Shown here piece after piece: positions 25,013 to 37,923 of a stretch of 64,000 bases of DNA (the stretch's first letter is position 1; each line of letters starts with the position of its first letter). Position numbers and translations under genes: made by a program. The notes beneath the pieces are model-generated. The model ran no database searches and was not told where the DNA came from. It saw nothing but the letters and a program-made list of their open reading frames with translations. This stretch comes from Amoebidium appalachense (Eukaryota; Protista; Ichthyosporea), in the NCBI GenBank assembly GCA_963693365.1, contig CAVNZM010000004.1:4776564-4840563 (forward strand), in the 5' to 3' direction.

Positions 25013-26210
25013 ACACACACTCTCCCTCTCCCCCCCCCCCCCCCCTTCCCCCCCCCCCCCCCCCCAACGAACCCCCAACCTCCATTCCTTCTTCCCGTAT
25101 GCCCATGTATTTACTTGCGTGTCTGTGCAAAAGGGGGGGGGGGGGGAGGGGGGGGGGGGGAGGGGGCAGGATAAAGCGGGCAAGGGCATCCGGGGGGGGG
25201 GGGGGGGGGGGGAGGGGGAGGTGTGTTGGTACGAGGAATGGGAACAATGTTTTTGTCCTTATAGTGTGTGTCATGTGTGTGCCAATGGGAGGGGGGGGGG
25301 GAAAGGGGGGGAGGGGGGGGAGGGGGGAAGGAAGGAGGATAAGGGGGGAGAGGAGGGGGGGGGGGGGGGAGGGGAAGGGAAGGAGTGGGGGGGAGGGGAG
25401 GGGGGAGGGGGGAGGTGGGGAAGGGGGCGTTGTTACACACCCTTCCAAACTGCTGCCTAGGCACACCCAAATAGCTGGCCTGAAGATCTGCCCCAGGCCG
25501 TAACGGGCCAGAAATCCGTGGACTAGGGGGGTTCATCATCCGCGAATTTTCAAGCTCGTCTTGGTATATTCTCTCGCTAAATTCGTCCAGATTATCCAAG
25601 AGCCCCTGGCCCTCGGGTGGGGGTTGCCACGATGGGTGGTGGGTTTTAAAATTCAGGAATGACTTTTCCATTTTCCCCTCTGCCGTTTGCTCGTAGGCGG
25701 TGGGTTGCTTTTGTTGCAAGGGAACCCCGTACTGTGTGTGTATGTGTGTGTGTATGTGTGTGTGCGTGTGTGTGCATGTGCGTGTGGATGCATTCATGAG
25801 AGTGTTTGCGCAGGTTTGTGTGCATGGGTGCACAAAGTGTGAGATAGGCAGAGGGAGGAGGGGGGAGGGGGGAGGGGGGGTATGAGGGTTAAAACACAAA
25901 TATTTCCTAATATTCCCCTACTTAAACCAAAAAAAAAAAAAAACCCGGCAGGGAAAGGAGAGAGTTTAACGCAATCCACATTTACAGGTCGCATCGCTAT
26001 GGGACAGAGCTCTTAAAGAAAACCCCGGAGAAGAATAAAGAGGCAGGCTAGTCTTTCCTACAGGGCACCACCCAAGGCCCATTTTAACACTCAAAGTCAG
26101 AACAAAACGTACATGGAAAGATACGAAAGTGGAATCAGAGCGACGGGATCGAACTAGCACTACGATTCGAAAACCCCTAACAGGACGGAGTCAGAAAAAG
26201 GGCGAAAAAA

Positions 26211-26254
<44 letters not shown>

Positions 26255-28095
26255 CATTTATCGCTGCTATAAGCGGGCGAGTTTCAGTACGAACACGGTG
26301 ATTGCTTCAATGAGCACACACAAAGTTAAAAGTATGGACGAAATGGTGCTACAAGAAAGCACCAAGCATTTCAGACACATAACCTGTGGGTGTGGGAGGC
26401 TGAAAAGGGACGCAAACTTCCAAGACGAGGAGAGGAGTAGGGAGGGGGGGAGGGAGGGGGGGGGGGGGGGGAGGGCGAGGGGAGGAAAGCATGGGAATGA
26501 GGTCGGGGCGAGTGTGCGGTGGAGGAGGGGGGGGGGGGGGGGTACTGTATGCACCACATGATGGCGAGCATGGAAGTAAGACATCATAAATCAACAAAAG
26601 CTAAATACAAAAAACCACAAATCAGAGACCATATCAATGGTGCAGACAGAAGACATTCTGATGGAGGGGAAGTTTGGAAGGGAGGGAAAAGGGAGAAAGA
26701 GAGCACCCGGAGGAAGGGCGGGAGGAGGGGAGGCGGGGGAGGCGGGAAGCGAAAGGTGTCGAAAAGAGGAGACAAAGGGGGACAGGGGGAGGGGGAGGAG
26801 GGGGAGGGGGGGCACACCTTAGCATTGCCGTGACGCTTAAAGTCAAACATTGCAAAGCTGCAAACGTGGCCCACCCCGTCCTTATAGACGGTGAAGTGGC
26901 GAAAGAAGTCAATGATTTCCCGCGAATAGGATGGCATCACGGCCCATAGGATCACAGGCGTCACAAAGGCACCGGCAAGCTCCGAGAGAAGAAACAGCGC
27001 CTTGTACTCAAAGAACTTTTCAAACTCTTCCTTGACCTGAAATTTTTCGGTTTCAGTGGATTTATGCGTCTGCTAGGTGGCACACCAGCCCACGGCCAGC
27101 CCTATTTAACACCCGATTTCCTAAATTTTCTTTGTTGAAATGTTAAAAACGAACGCAAGACACATAGTGAAGACGCCAGTCGCCAGTACTAGATAGCACC
27201 AAGCTCGGCCGTAAGTAACACCAGATTTCCTTTGTTTTCTTCGTTGAAATGCTACAGTGATATCTTAGCCTTCTCTCCCCCCCCCTCCCCCCTCCCCCCG
27301 AGGCCGGCCCCTTTCCTCCCCCAGTCTCCCACTTTTCCTCTTTCTCAGCCTCTTCTCCCTCCTTTCAGTCTCATCACCAGCATGTACATCTAAAGAGGGG
27401 GATCGTGTTGGGCCTGACAGGTGGGCTAGGGAAAAGAGGAAAAGAGGGGAGGGAAAGCGAAGGGGGGGGGGGGGGGGGGGGGGGGGGAGTAAAGCCCCCA
27501 CAGGCAAAAACGTAGATACAAACATGAGTATGAGAGTCGTGGAAGTACAAGGGCGGTGAGGTGGGGGGGGGGGGGTTCCAATACCCGCAGGGAGTGAAAA
27601 TGGCCCTTCCACTGGGGGGGCACATAGTGAATATTGCAAACCACGGCAGCCATGTGGGTCTCGGGGTCAAACACGGCGTGCTCGTCGGGGATCATCCCCC
27701 TAGACACCGCCAAAAGCCCCCCCAGGACCCCCACATACCACACAACGCTGCGGTCTGGGGTGAGGTGGACCTGCAGGAAGTGCTCGTCGTAGAGGGTTAA
27801 GGCCACAAGCACGGCAAGAATAGCCCCAGTGATAAATGCCGTAAACCTGCACGAAAAAACCGGAAAGAGGTTAATGGGATTTTCAAACCCTGCAACATGT
27901 GGTTTTCTCTTCCCCACTCTACCCTTTCAAGGGACACGGGGCCGGGGTGGGCAGGTGGGGTAATGAAGGAGCAAGTGTGTAAGGCATAGGAGGGTTAGAA
28001 ATGACGGTGTTAGATTCTCTTTCCCTTCTTGTGCACTGCCAAACAAGAAAAAGAACTCCCTTAAACCTGAAACACATATACACCCACACACCTTC

Positions 28096-28134
<39 letters not shown>

Positions 28135-28962
28135 CTGCCCCCCCTCCCACATACCCACCAAACATTCGCCAACCATCAGCACCACCACACCCACACACCA
28201 CAAACCACACCCATTACTCCCTCCCCCCCCTCCCCCCTCCCCCCCCCCCCCCCCCTCCCCAAGCACAAACACACACACACAACACCCCCACCCCCATTCC
28301 CACCCACAACCCCGCCCAAACACACAACACACCTATACCCACACAGACTCCCCCCCCCCCCCCACACACACACACACACACACCCTCATCCCACCCCCCA
28401 TCACCCCCCCCACCCCCCTCCCCCTCCCCCCCTCCCCCCCCCCTCCCTCCCCCCCCCCCTACACACACACACACCCACACGCACCCACCCACCTAGCCAT
28501 AGAGATGATGACCTCTGACGTAAAACTGTTGATGTAGTTCTCTGCCGGCAGATATGCAAGACTGAGCCTGCAAACAACACCCAACCATCAGCTCGATAGT
28601 TCCTTACACCTCTCTCTCTCTCTCTCTCTCCCCCCCCCCCCTCCCCCCCTCCTCCTCCTCCTCCCCTCCCCCCCCCCTCCCCCCGGGCCCTCTGCCCCCC
28701 CCCCCCCCCCCCCCCACCCGTACCGGTGGCTAAACCCCCCCCCCCCCCCACCTTTACTCCAAAATATCCCAAAAAACCTGCGCCCCCCCTCCCTCCCCCC
28801 TCCCCCTCCCCACACGCACACACACACAGGCACATCATGCTGTCAAAAGCCTTTTCAACACCTTCTCCTTCACCCGCTTCCCCCCATCCCAACCCACACA
28901 CAAGCATCCCCGCACACACACACAAAAACACATGTGCACACATGCACACAACGACACACGTA

Positions 28963-29004
<42 letters not shown>

Positions 29005-29133
29005 CCCTCCATCTACCTCTTGTGGAATATGTGAGGCAGTTCGTTGAATTCTCTCGCCTTCCATCTCAGATAAGACGACCAGTGTCGCATGCCCAGGGTG
29101 CGCGGGTTGCGCCGAAATTCCTGCAAAAAGGCG

Positions 29134-29170
<37 letters not shown>

Positions 29171-29661
29171 ATGGAGAATGAGATAGTTAAGACGAATGGG
29201 AAACTAAAAAACAGAACAAACGAGTATAGAAGATCCACTCCATTTCCATACAGAGGACTTCCAATTGGCTCTTGGTGCTTTTGTTTCGACTACTGATTGG
29301 TTCATGGCACGTGTATTTCAACTACCGAGTCGATTACTTAGCACTTATTTTTTTTTTTTTTTACCTTTGACCTCTAAATGGTATAAAGCACCTACACGCC
29401 ATATGCCCACCCTGTCCAATTCCATCCAATCACATTCAATCACTACGCTTCAGCTAAATTTTTGAAATGACTTGTATTTTTCAATTCACTTTGTGCACAT
29501 ATATTCCTCACCTCTGCGTATCGGAAGAAGAAGTACACGATTAGGAACACGGCCATAAAGGGGGCTAGTAGCATGTTGATCAGTGCATAGCGACGGAACC
29601 GCTGCGTCAGGGCATGCGCTAGCTTGTCCCTGCACATGTGCACGCGTATACGTGTGTGTGT

Positions 29662-29747
<86 letters not shown>

Positions 29748-30246
29748 ATCTACATAGGCACCTGTGGATGTGTGTGCATGTGTGTGTGTGTGTCTACGTG
29801 TTTAGGGTATTTACGTGTGTGCATCTGTACGCGTGCGTGCGTGTGCAGGCGCGTGTGTGTGCACGTGTGGATGTGTGTACCCGTGCGTGTTTTAGGTGTG
29901 TACGTGTGTGTGCCTCTATGGGAGCGTGCGCACTTTCTGTGGGTGTGTTTGTGTGCGTGTGTGTTCTTGCCACAGTGTGTGTGTGTGTGCGTATACACAA
30001 GAAAATGTGTGGGAACATGTGAGCGTGCCCGTGGGTGTGTCTGAATTTATTTCATCTATTTGTGTAGACATACACCCATTCCCACTTCTCCATACATAGT
30101 GTGTCATTAGAAAGGAAGGAGGGGGGAAGAGGGAGAGTGAAGGGGGGGTTGAAATAACAATATGATGCCTCACACACCGTTGTAGTATCCCCCTCCCCCC
30201 GCCCTCCCCTCCCCACGGCCCTCCCCCCCCCCCCCCCCCTCCCCAC

Positions 30247-30285
<39 letters not shown>

Positions 30286-30451
30286 ACATATCCCTTCCCC
30301 TCCTCCAGCCCATCTCCTTCCCATCCCTCGCTAAACCAACACGCCCAGTGCACACACCAGAAAACCGGAACATACTGTTCCTGCTGTCACCTCGTCTTTC
30401 CATATCTCTACTCCCCTCCTTCCTTTGTTTTGTTGTTTGCTCCCCCCCCCC

Positions 30452-30488
<37 letters not shown>

Positions 30489-32594
30489 TAAAACCCAACG
30501 TACACTCCCCCCCTCCGCCCCCTTCCCCCTCCTTACCTACCCCACCATACCTTCCGTTATTCGGGTGTTGTGTGGGTTTGTGGGTGTGTCGGCCGGGGGG
30601 AGGGGGGAGGGGGGGGGGGGGGGGAGGGGGCGGGGGGGAGGGGGGGGGGGGGGGAGGGGGGTCTTGTAAGAGCAAATGGTTTGAGTAGTAAGCTATACCG
30701 TTCTGTTCTTGTTCATCCTCTCTGAGAATCCAGTGCACCTCTCAGGGAGGGACGAGAAAGGGGAAAAGGGGGTGTCATCTTGTCATGTTGTATGTGGGGA
30801 AACGGGATGGGGGAGGGCTGGTTGGTGGGGGGGGGGGGGGGGGGGGGGGGAGGTTTCAAAATATTCACCCTCGTCGTCCTGCAGAAACTGGTCTTGTAGT
30901 CTGTGATCGAAGATCGAAACAGGGGTTCGAAGTCATCTTGCATGTGGGGTAAAGGGGAGGCGGGAAGGGAGGCGGGAAGGAAGAGGGAGAGGTGGGGAGG
31001 GGAGGGGGGGGTCTATAAACCTACCCTCTATCCTCCTGCAGAAATTGGTCCTGTATCCTGTGCTTGTGATCAAACACGTGATCCAGCACGCACTTGTTGA
31101 TGCTCCACTCCAGAGACTTGGGGAGAAACGGCACCGTGCGCCCAAATATGGGCATACGCATCTTCATGGGGAGTATGTCCTTGTTGAACAGGGCTATGAG
31201 AAAGTTCTCACGGCGCATGATGCGGTTGGCGATATGTGCTAGAGTGGGTTAAGGAAGAGGGTTTTTACGTTATGTTGGTTTTTTTTTTTTTTTTTTTTTG
31301 TGGGGGGGAGGGGGGGGGGGGGGGGGAAGGGGGGGGGGGGGGGGGGGGTTTCAGAAAAGGAGTGCCCTCAGGCGCTGAGCGATTAGCAACCCTGCGCCAT
31401 GGGATTGGTGCCCTTAATGCAAAGTGTTACATGTATAGGCGGGAAAAAGGGGGGAGGGGGGAGGGGGAGGGGGGGGGGCTATGGGTTAGTAGGTGGCACG
31501 TATGCAAAAGCAAGGGACACCAGAGCATCTACACACACACACACACACACAAATATGGGGGTGGGAAAGAGGGTTTTTTTTTGTTTTTTTTTGTGGGGGG
31601 GGGGGGGGGGGGGGAGGGGGGGAGTGGGGGAGGGGGGGAGGGCAGGGGGGGGAGGGGGAGGGGACGAATCAGAATGCTCAACCAACAGGTAAGGTGTGTG
31701 GCAAGGGGGGTTGGCATACGTGGTGGAACAACCTGTGACTGCGCACAAGCGCTCCGTATCTCGGTGCATGGCTGTGTATGTGTGTGTGTCTCTGTCTGTG
31801 TGTCTGCATGTGTGTGTGTGCGCGCACATGTGTTGTCAAAGTGCATGGATCAAAGGAAGGGGGGGGGGGGGGGGGGGGGGGGGAAGTTCAACCGTGCCTG
31901 CTTTGCCAACATCACACTTGCAACTCCCATCCATCCTCCCATTGACTCCCATTAACTCCCACTAACTCCGATTTACCCCGATAAACACCATGCTCACACT
32001 TGAAATGGATATCATGCTCGCTGATGTCCGCCTTCACCCGGCAAAATCGGTGCACCTTCTGAGCTTCTATCAACTTACGCACTACCTCGTGCCACAGCAG
32101 TGTCTCCATGTCCGCCTGTGGAACAAGGGGGGGAGGGGGGGGGGGGGGGGGGGGAGAAAGGGGGGAGGAGGGGGCGGGGGGGAGGGTGGGAAGACTGAGT
32201 GTGGATGGGTGGGTGTCTATGCTTTGCGGCGTGTGTGTGCTTAGTGGTTAAGCGTGTGAGCAAGCGTGTGCGTATGTGCGTGTGTGTGTGTGTGTGCATG
32301 TGTGCGTCCGTGCGTCCGTGTGTGCGTGCGTGCGTGCCTGCGTGTGTACGTGGTGTGTGCGCGGGGGGAGGGGGGAGGGGGGGGGGGAAAGGGGGGGGGG
32401 GGGAGGGTTGTGGATGGGTGTGTGGGTGCAGGATTTAAATGGGGGCGGAAGAATAAGAATACAAAGACAGTCAGTGTCAGAAATGTGATAAGGGAATAGA
32501 AATGCCCCACCACCCAATTAGACGCCATCATGCTGTTAGGCACATATGGCATTCAGGTTGGGTCAGGAGCACATGTGTGTGTTTAGGGGGGGGT

Positions 32595-32632
<38 letters not shown>

Positions 32633-33696
32633 GAGGGGTGAAGGAGGGAGGGGGGCGGGGCGGGGAGGGGGGGGGGGGGAGAGAGAGAGGGGGGGGGGGG
32701 CAAGGAAGGAGGAGGGAGGGGACGAGGGGGGACTGAAGGAGGCAACTCCGTGGAGACACGCACACCGACATGCACGTCTTTCACTTCTTCTCTTCTGTTT
32801 CTTGTCTTCCTCTTTGTGCAGGTGCGTGTGCGTGCACGTGTGTGTGTAAGTTACGGGGGAGAGGTGGGAGGGCACGGAGGGGGGGATGGTGTATGTGTGT
32901 GTGCGTGTGTGCTTGTGTGTGTGTGTGTGTGTGTGTGTGCTGGGGGGGAGGCAGAAAGAGAAGAGGTGTGTGGTTTTTGTGAGGTGTAGGAGTGTGTGTG
33001 TCCGTATTGAATTTTTTTTCCCGTCCTGTCCTTTTTCTGGGGGGGGGGGGAGAGGGCGGGGGAGGGGGGGAAAGGAGGGAGGGGGTTTTGGGGGGGGGGG
33101 GGGGGGGAGAAGGGGAGAAGCTTACATCAGGAATATGCAGTGCCTCTCTGTAGAAGTCTCTCATATCAAACAGGCCCCTGAGCTCAGACAGAAACACAGC
33201 CACCTGCCACAGCCAAAATAGGCCAAACACCACCAGGCACACCACAAGAAGGGGGTGCAGCCTGTGAAATGTGGCGGAAAATACAAAGGTTAGGGTCTGA
33301 AAAGGGTTAACAATGGTGTGGGATGTATAGGCGCAGAAACAAAAAAAAACAAACGGTTAGAAGGTGAAGGTAAGCCCATAATTCGGTTATTTAAAGATAT
33401 TGAGAGCAAGCTTCCGTTGATCAAAGAAGGTATTTAGGGTGACAGAGAAGCAAGAACGGGGCAGGGTCGAGGTAATAAGGCACTGGGGTGGGTATGGGGT
33501 GGATTTTTTTTTTTTGGGGGGGGGGGGGGGGGGAGATGTGATACTCTACAAAACATAAATATAAATACTTTGTGCGTGTGGGTGGGTGAATGTGGGGGGG
33601 GGGGGGGGGGGGGGGGGGGGGAGGATAGCACAAAGAACCCAGGAAAGGCGGCTAACTCGACAGGAAACGGGTTCCGCAGGGGTTTTTTTTTTTTTT

Positions 33697-33727
<31 letters not shown>

Positions 33728-33787
33728 GGATATCGAAGACCCGTGGACAGCAAACAAATGGCAAAAAAAAAAAAAGGTTACCAGTGT

Positions 33788-33853
<66 letters not shown>

Positions 33854-34692
33854 CCCCCCCCCCCCTCCTTCCCCCCCCCCCCCACACACACACAAGAAAA
33901 AAGAAAAGAAAAAAGAAATTAGAAAAAAAGAGAAAAAAAGGATAAATTAAGATGAAAATGAATATAAAAATGCTATTAATAAAAAAAAAGGGGGGGGGGG
34001 GGGGGGGGGAGGGAAGAAATTTGCTTGGTTTCATGACGTAACAACTAAAAGCCAGCCGGGTGGGCGAGGGAGGGAGGGGGAGGGGGAGGGGGGAGGGGGA
34101 GGCGAGGGAAAGGGGGGGGGGGGGGGGAGGGGGGGGGGGGGGAGATACACGCCTTGCCAGTTGTGAGAAGCTCACAGCCTTTGCAAAGTCATACGTGGTC
34201 AGTAGCACCCCATAGTCCACCGCACCAACAAGTACCGTTGTCGACCCCACAATGAATAGCAGTTGCCTGCACAGGGGAAAGAAAAATGTAAGAAAGTTGA
34301 AAAAAATTCTTTCTTTTTTTTGGAAGGAAGGAAGAGAAAATTTTTCTTTTTTTTTTTTTGGAAGGAAGGAGAGGGGGGAGGCTTAAGTCAAAGACACAAA
34401 AGCATGTGTGCACGTGATAATACGGTTGCATTGTTGAACACAGACTCCATGACGGATTTCAGGCATTCCTTTAATGGATCGAATCACAAGTGTTTCCATT
34501 AAAACCCACACTTTCCGCTTTCACCACACCCTTGCTCGTACATATAGAAAGGTCTGCGTGCGCGCATGTGTGGCTGTGTATGTGTGTGTGTGTGTAAGCA
34601 TGTGGGTGTCGGTGAAAGTGTGGACGTTGGGTAGGTGAGGCAGGCCTATGCAAAGGCTTTAGCTTCTCGAGACTCGTGGGGTTTGTGTGCAG

Positions 34693-34744
<52 letters not shown>

Positions 34745-34774
34745 GTGTGTGTGTGTGTGCGTGCGTGCGCGTGC

Positions 34775-34813
<39 letters not shown>

Positions 34814-35025
34814 TGCTTCTGTGTGTGTGTGTGTGTGTGTGCGTGTACGTGTGTGTGTGTGTGTGTGTCTGTGCGCAACAGTGTGTGTGTGTGTGCGCGC
34901 GCACGCGTGCGCGCGTGCGCACTTGTGTGTGCGTGCGGCTGTGTGCATGTGTGTGTGTGTAGAGTGGGTGGCGGGGGGGTTCGGGGAAGGGGGGGGGGGG
35001 GGGGGGGGGGGGGGATGTTTGTGTT

Positions 35026-35058
<33 letters not shown>

Positions 35059-35222
35059 TTTTCCTTGCTCCTCCTCCCTTGGTTTTGTTTTTGTTTTTTT
35101 TATTTCATTTTTCTTTTATTTTATTTTCGTGTTTTCTTTCCTTTTCTCTCAACTTCTCTCGCTCTCTTTCTCCCTCTTGCTTACTTTCTTTCTCTATGTC
35201 TCAATCCCATATTTATTTTATT

Positions 35223-35255
<33 letters not shown>

Positions 35256-35292
35256 CAGGAAAAAAAAAAAAAAAGAAAGAGATAAAAGGGGG

Positions 35293-35325
<33 letters not shown>

Positions 35326-35585
35326 GCACTTACGTAAGGTTGAAGGTACGTTTCAAGATGGTGGGCCAAAAGCCCTTGTTGACGTAGTAGTGGTACACGT
35401 GATGTTTGGTTAAGGGGGCCAACAGGCACTCGTGTGTGGGTATTACACACGTACAAACAAATATTTATCTGAAACACAAGGAGCTCTAGCACAAGAGTAG
35501 TGGCCTGGAAAGAGATTTACAAGAGAGTGTATAGAGTGCAAGCGAGGTTTTTGTGACAGACTACACTCATCCTGCTGTGTGCGCA

Positions 35586-35617
<32 letters not shown>

Positions 35618-36550
35618 GTTTGCGTGTGCGCGCGCGTGTGTTTTTGTGTGTGTGTGTGTATGTATGCGTGTGCGTGTGCGTGTGCAGTGTACGTGTGTTT
35701 CTGTGCACATCCTTGGGCATATGTCCGTGTGTGCAAGCAGGTCGGTAACCAAGCCTGTGGGGTAAACACAGATCTAACCACACACATCTCATGACAACAT
35801 GCTTGCACAAACAGGTAGTGCATCGCCTGGCTGGCCGCAGAAACCACACAACAACAACGTGATCCATGGGTTAAGGAACATAGCACACCCGTGTCTGCCA
35901 CACACATGCAAACATGGGAACAGTAACAAGTGGAGGATATCTTTGTGGAGAACTTGTCAAGGTCCTTGACTCCATACCAGCGGCTGTTTCCATATGGCAC
36001 AGACCCTTCTCCAGCCTGCACATGAACAATTTTTGCGCAAAGGAGCGAGAGTGTGTGTTAATCATGTGCTCCAAAGCATCAATTACAGGTATGGTTACTA
36101 CTTCCCTTACGTCCAAAACTAATACACTCAAAACGAAACTAATACCTTCGAAACCTTTCTGAGCCTTGAATTGTGTTGGGGGAAAAGGCGAAACAGGACA
36201 CCCACGAGGGAAGAAAGAGTTCATCACCATGGTTGTATGGATTATAGACCTTCATACAGCAGTGGCGGTTGCCAAAACTGGGGCAGGGGGTGCCATAAAA
36301 AAAAGGCAGATGGAGGGGGGGGGGGGGGGGGGGAGGAGAGCGGGGGAAATAAAAATTGGGGAAAACCTGCAAACTAAGGGGGGGGGGGGGGGGGAGGGGG
36401 GGGGGGGCGAGGGGAAGGCTCCTCTACCTGGTAGCCACCGTGCATTTCAATGATATCTGGCGTGGGCTCTTCATGTTCCTCCTCATCGTGGCTTGGGACA
36501 AGTAGGGGCCTGGTAAGATCCGAGCCCCTGTCTCCCGGTGGTCGAAACAT
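22597..36550 (-). CDS. ATG9: Autophagy-related protein 9 (lipid scramblase), 16 exons, about 712 aa
   Basis: Minus-strand exons 36550-36428, 36015-35941, 35398-35334, 34266-34153, 33261-33126, 32115-32013, 31235-31025, 29629-29512, 29120-29017, 28567-28493, 27846-27585, 27036-26818, 25731-25441, 24562-24443, 23570-23481 and 22629-22597 join in frame. ATG9 motifs: [66 protein letters not shown] and [10 protein letters not shown]. The last three exons rest on splice signals and phase only. Confidence 0.94.
24271..24382 (+). repeat. 20-bp tandem repeat (TGTGTACGTGTGACTATATA) x5.5
   Basis: Perfect copies directly visible in ATG9 intron 14. Confidence 0.95.
31236..32012 (-). other. U12-type AT-AC intron (ATG9 intron 6)
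   Basis: Donor CATG|ATATCCATTT; branch point TTCCTTAAC followed by CCACTCTAGCAC|AT. Removal restores the conserved HDIANRIMR. Confidence 0.9.
35399..35940 (-). other. U12-type AT-AC intron (ATG9 intron 2)
   Basis: Donor AAG|ATATCCTC; branch point CCTTAAC followed by CAAACATCAC|GTG. Removal restores FSTK|VYHYY. Confidence 0.9.
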
Positions 36551-37393
36551 GGTTTATCGCTATAACAAACTGACCAGCGAGCCTGCGTATTTCAAGGGCA
36601 CTAGATTTCACTTCTACTGGTGAATAATTGTGTGTGCGTTTCTGAGAATTTAAACGGGGGCAACTGCCCCCTCAATGTAGCCTCCCTAAACAGTTACAAG
36701 CGTTCGAGTTCCCAAAGGTAACCTGAGTCCGAACTCCCTTTTTGCCAGAAAACATGTAGTCAGATCTTATATTGTCGCTTACTTTGATACAAAGAAGGTT
36801 AAAGAAAAGCACGTTTTTTTAAGGAAAAAAGGCACTGAAGCCTGAAAACTGATGACAGTATATATAGAACCTTTCCTCTACGTATCAGCGCATGACAGAG
36901 AGAGCTGGCATTCAACAACAACCAAACAAACCTTGTTTGACACAGAGATGTGCTGGATTCTAAGAAACGATAAGCTTGCCAAATATTCCGCGTAAACATT
37001 TGCCACGAGCACAACCGTATTTCAACAAACTATTAGCTTTGACAGCTAGTATTTTTCACTACGATTTAATAACCTCCCTGTTTTTCGAACACAAAAACAT
37101 AACTCCGTCCTTTCAACCAACTGAGTCCCTTGCCGCCTACGTCACCTGTTTGGCACACGGCTAGCGAAATGATTACGTAAACAGCACCAGCTGGTGGCTC
37201 AGTTGTGGTTACGTTTACACCAATGGATCGATTCCGATAAGTATTGAGCCAATAGACAGAAAATGTAACGGCTTTATATGGTTTATCTCTAGAATCAAGG
37301 CCAGGGCTCGAAACATCTTCCGCCGGGCCCCACAGGTCACCGTGCCCGGTACCGGTGCACCGACCGAAGGTTACTAATGTCATCCGCAACTTG

Positions 37394-37502
37394 TAAATAT
37401 ATGCAAATATGTGCAAACATATGCAAATATATGCAAATATATGCAGATACATAAATATATGCAAATATATATAAATATAGGCAAATATATGCTAATATAT
37501 GC
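37394..37502 (+). repeat. 10-bp tandem repeat ATATGCAAAT, degenerate
   Basis: About ten imperfect copies visible. Confidence 0.85.
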
Positions 37503-37874
37503 TACATAAGGATCCGGACTCGGAGGCTTGGCCTGGCCCCCTGGGCCGGGGCTGGGAAGCCTTGCGGAGTGTCACGGGCGGCACATGCGTTGACAATTAC
37601 TATTAAACCTGAACAGAAGGCCTAGGCTACTGGCCAGAGTCAGACGTTTTACAACTACATAACCAAATGTTCAACACAGGGGTATACCTTAAGAAGAGTT
37701 TCTGCAGGTGCTGATGGTGATTATTAGAATTCTTGGTCGAGCACTCCCTCTACCAAGACTACTATGTATGTCCGGTCGTGGGACCCCGAGTAAATGCATG
37801 CATATCGTATGATACAGTTAGATAGAGAATTGTTAAGCTTGTTATGCTTCTTGATTTATTTATTTCTTTCTTTT

Positions 37875-37923
<49 letters not shown>

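Noticed and set aside
37066-37464. 132-aa minus-strand ORF upstream of ATG9
   Set aside because: It starts within a 10-bp tandem repeat and has no recognisable domain or splice support.
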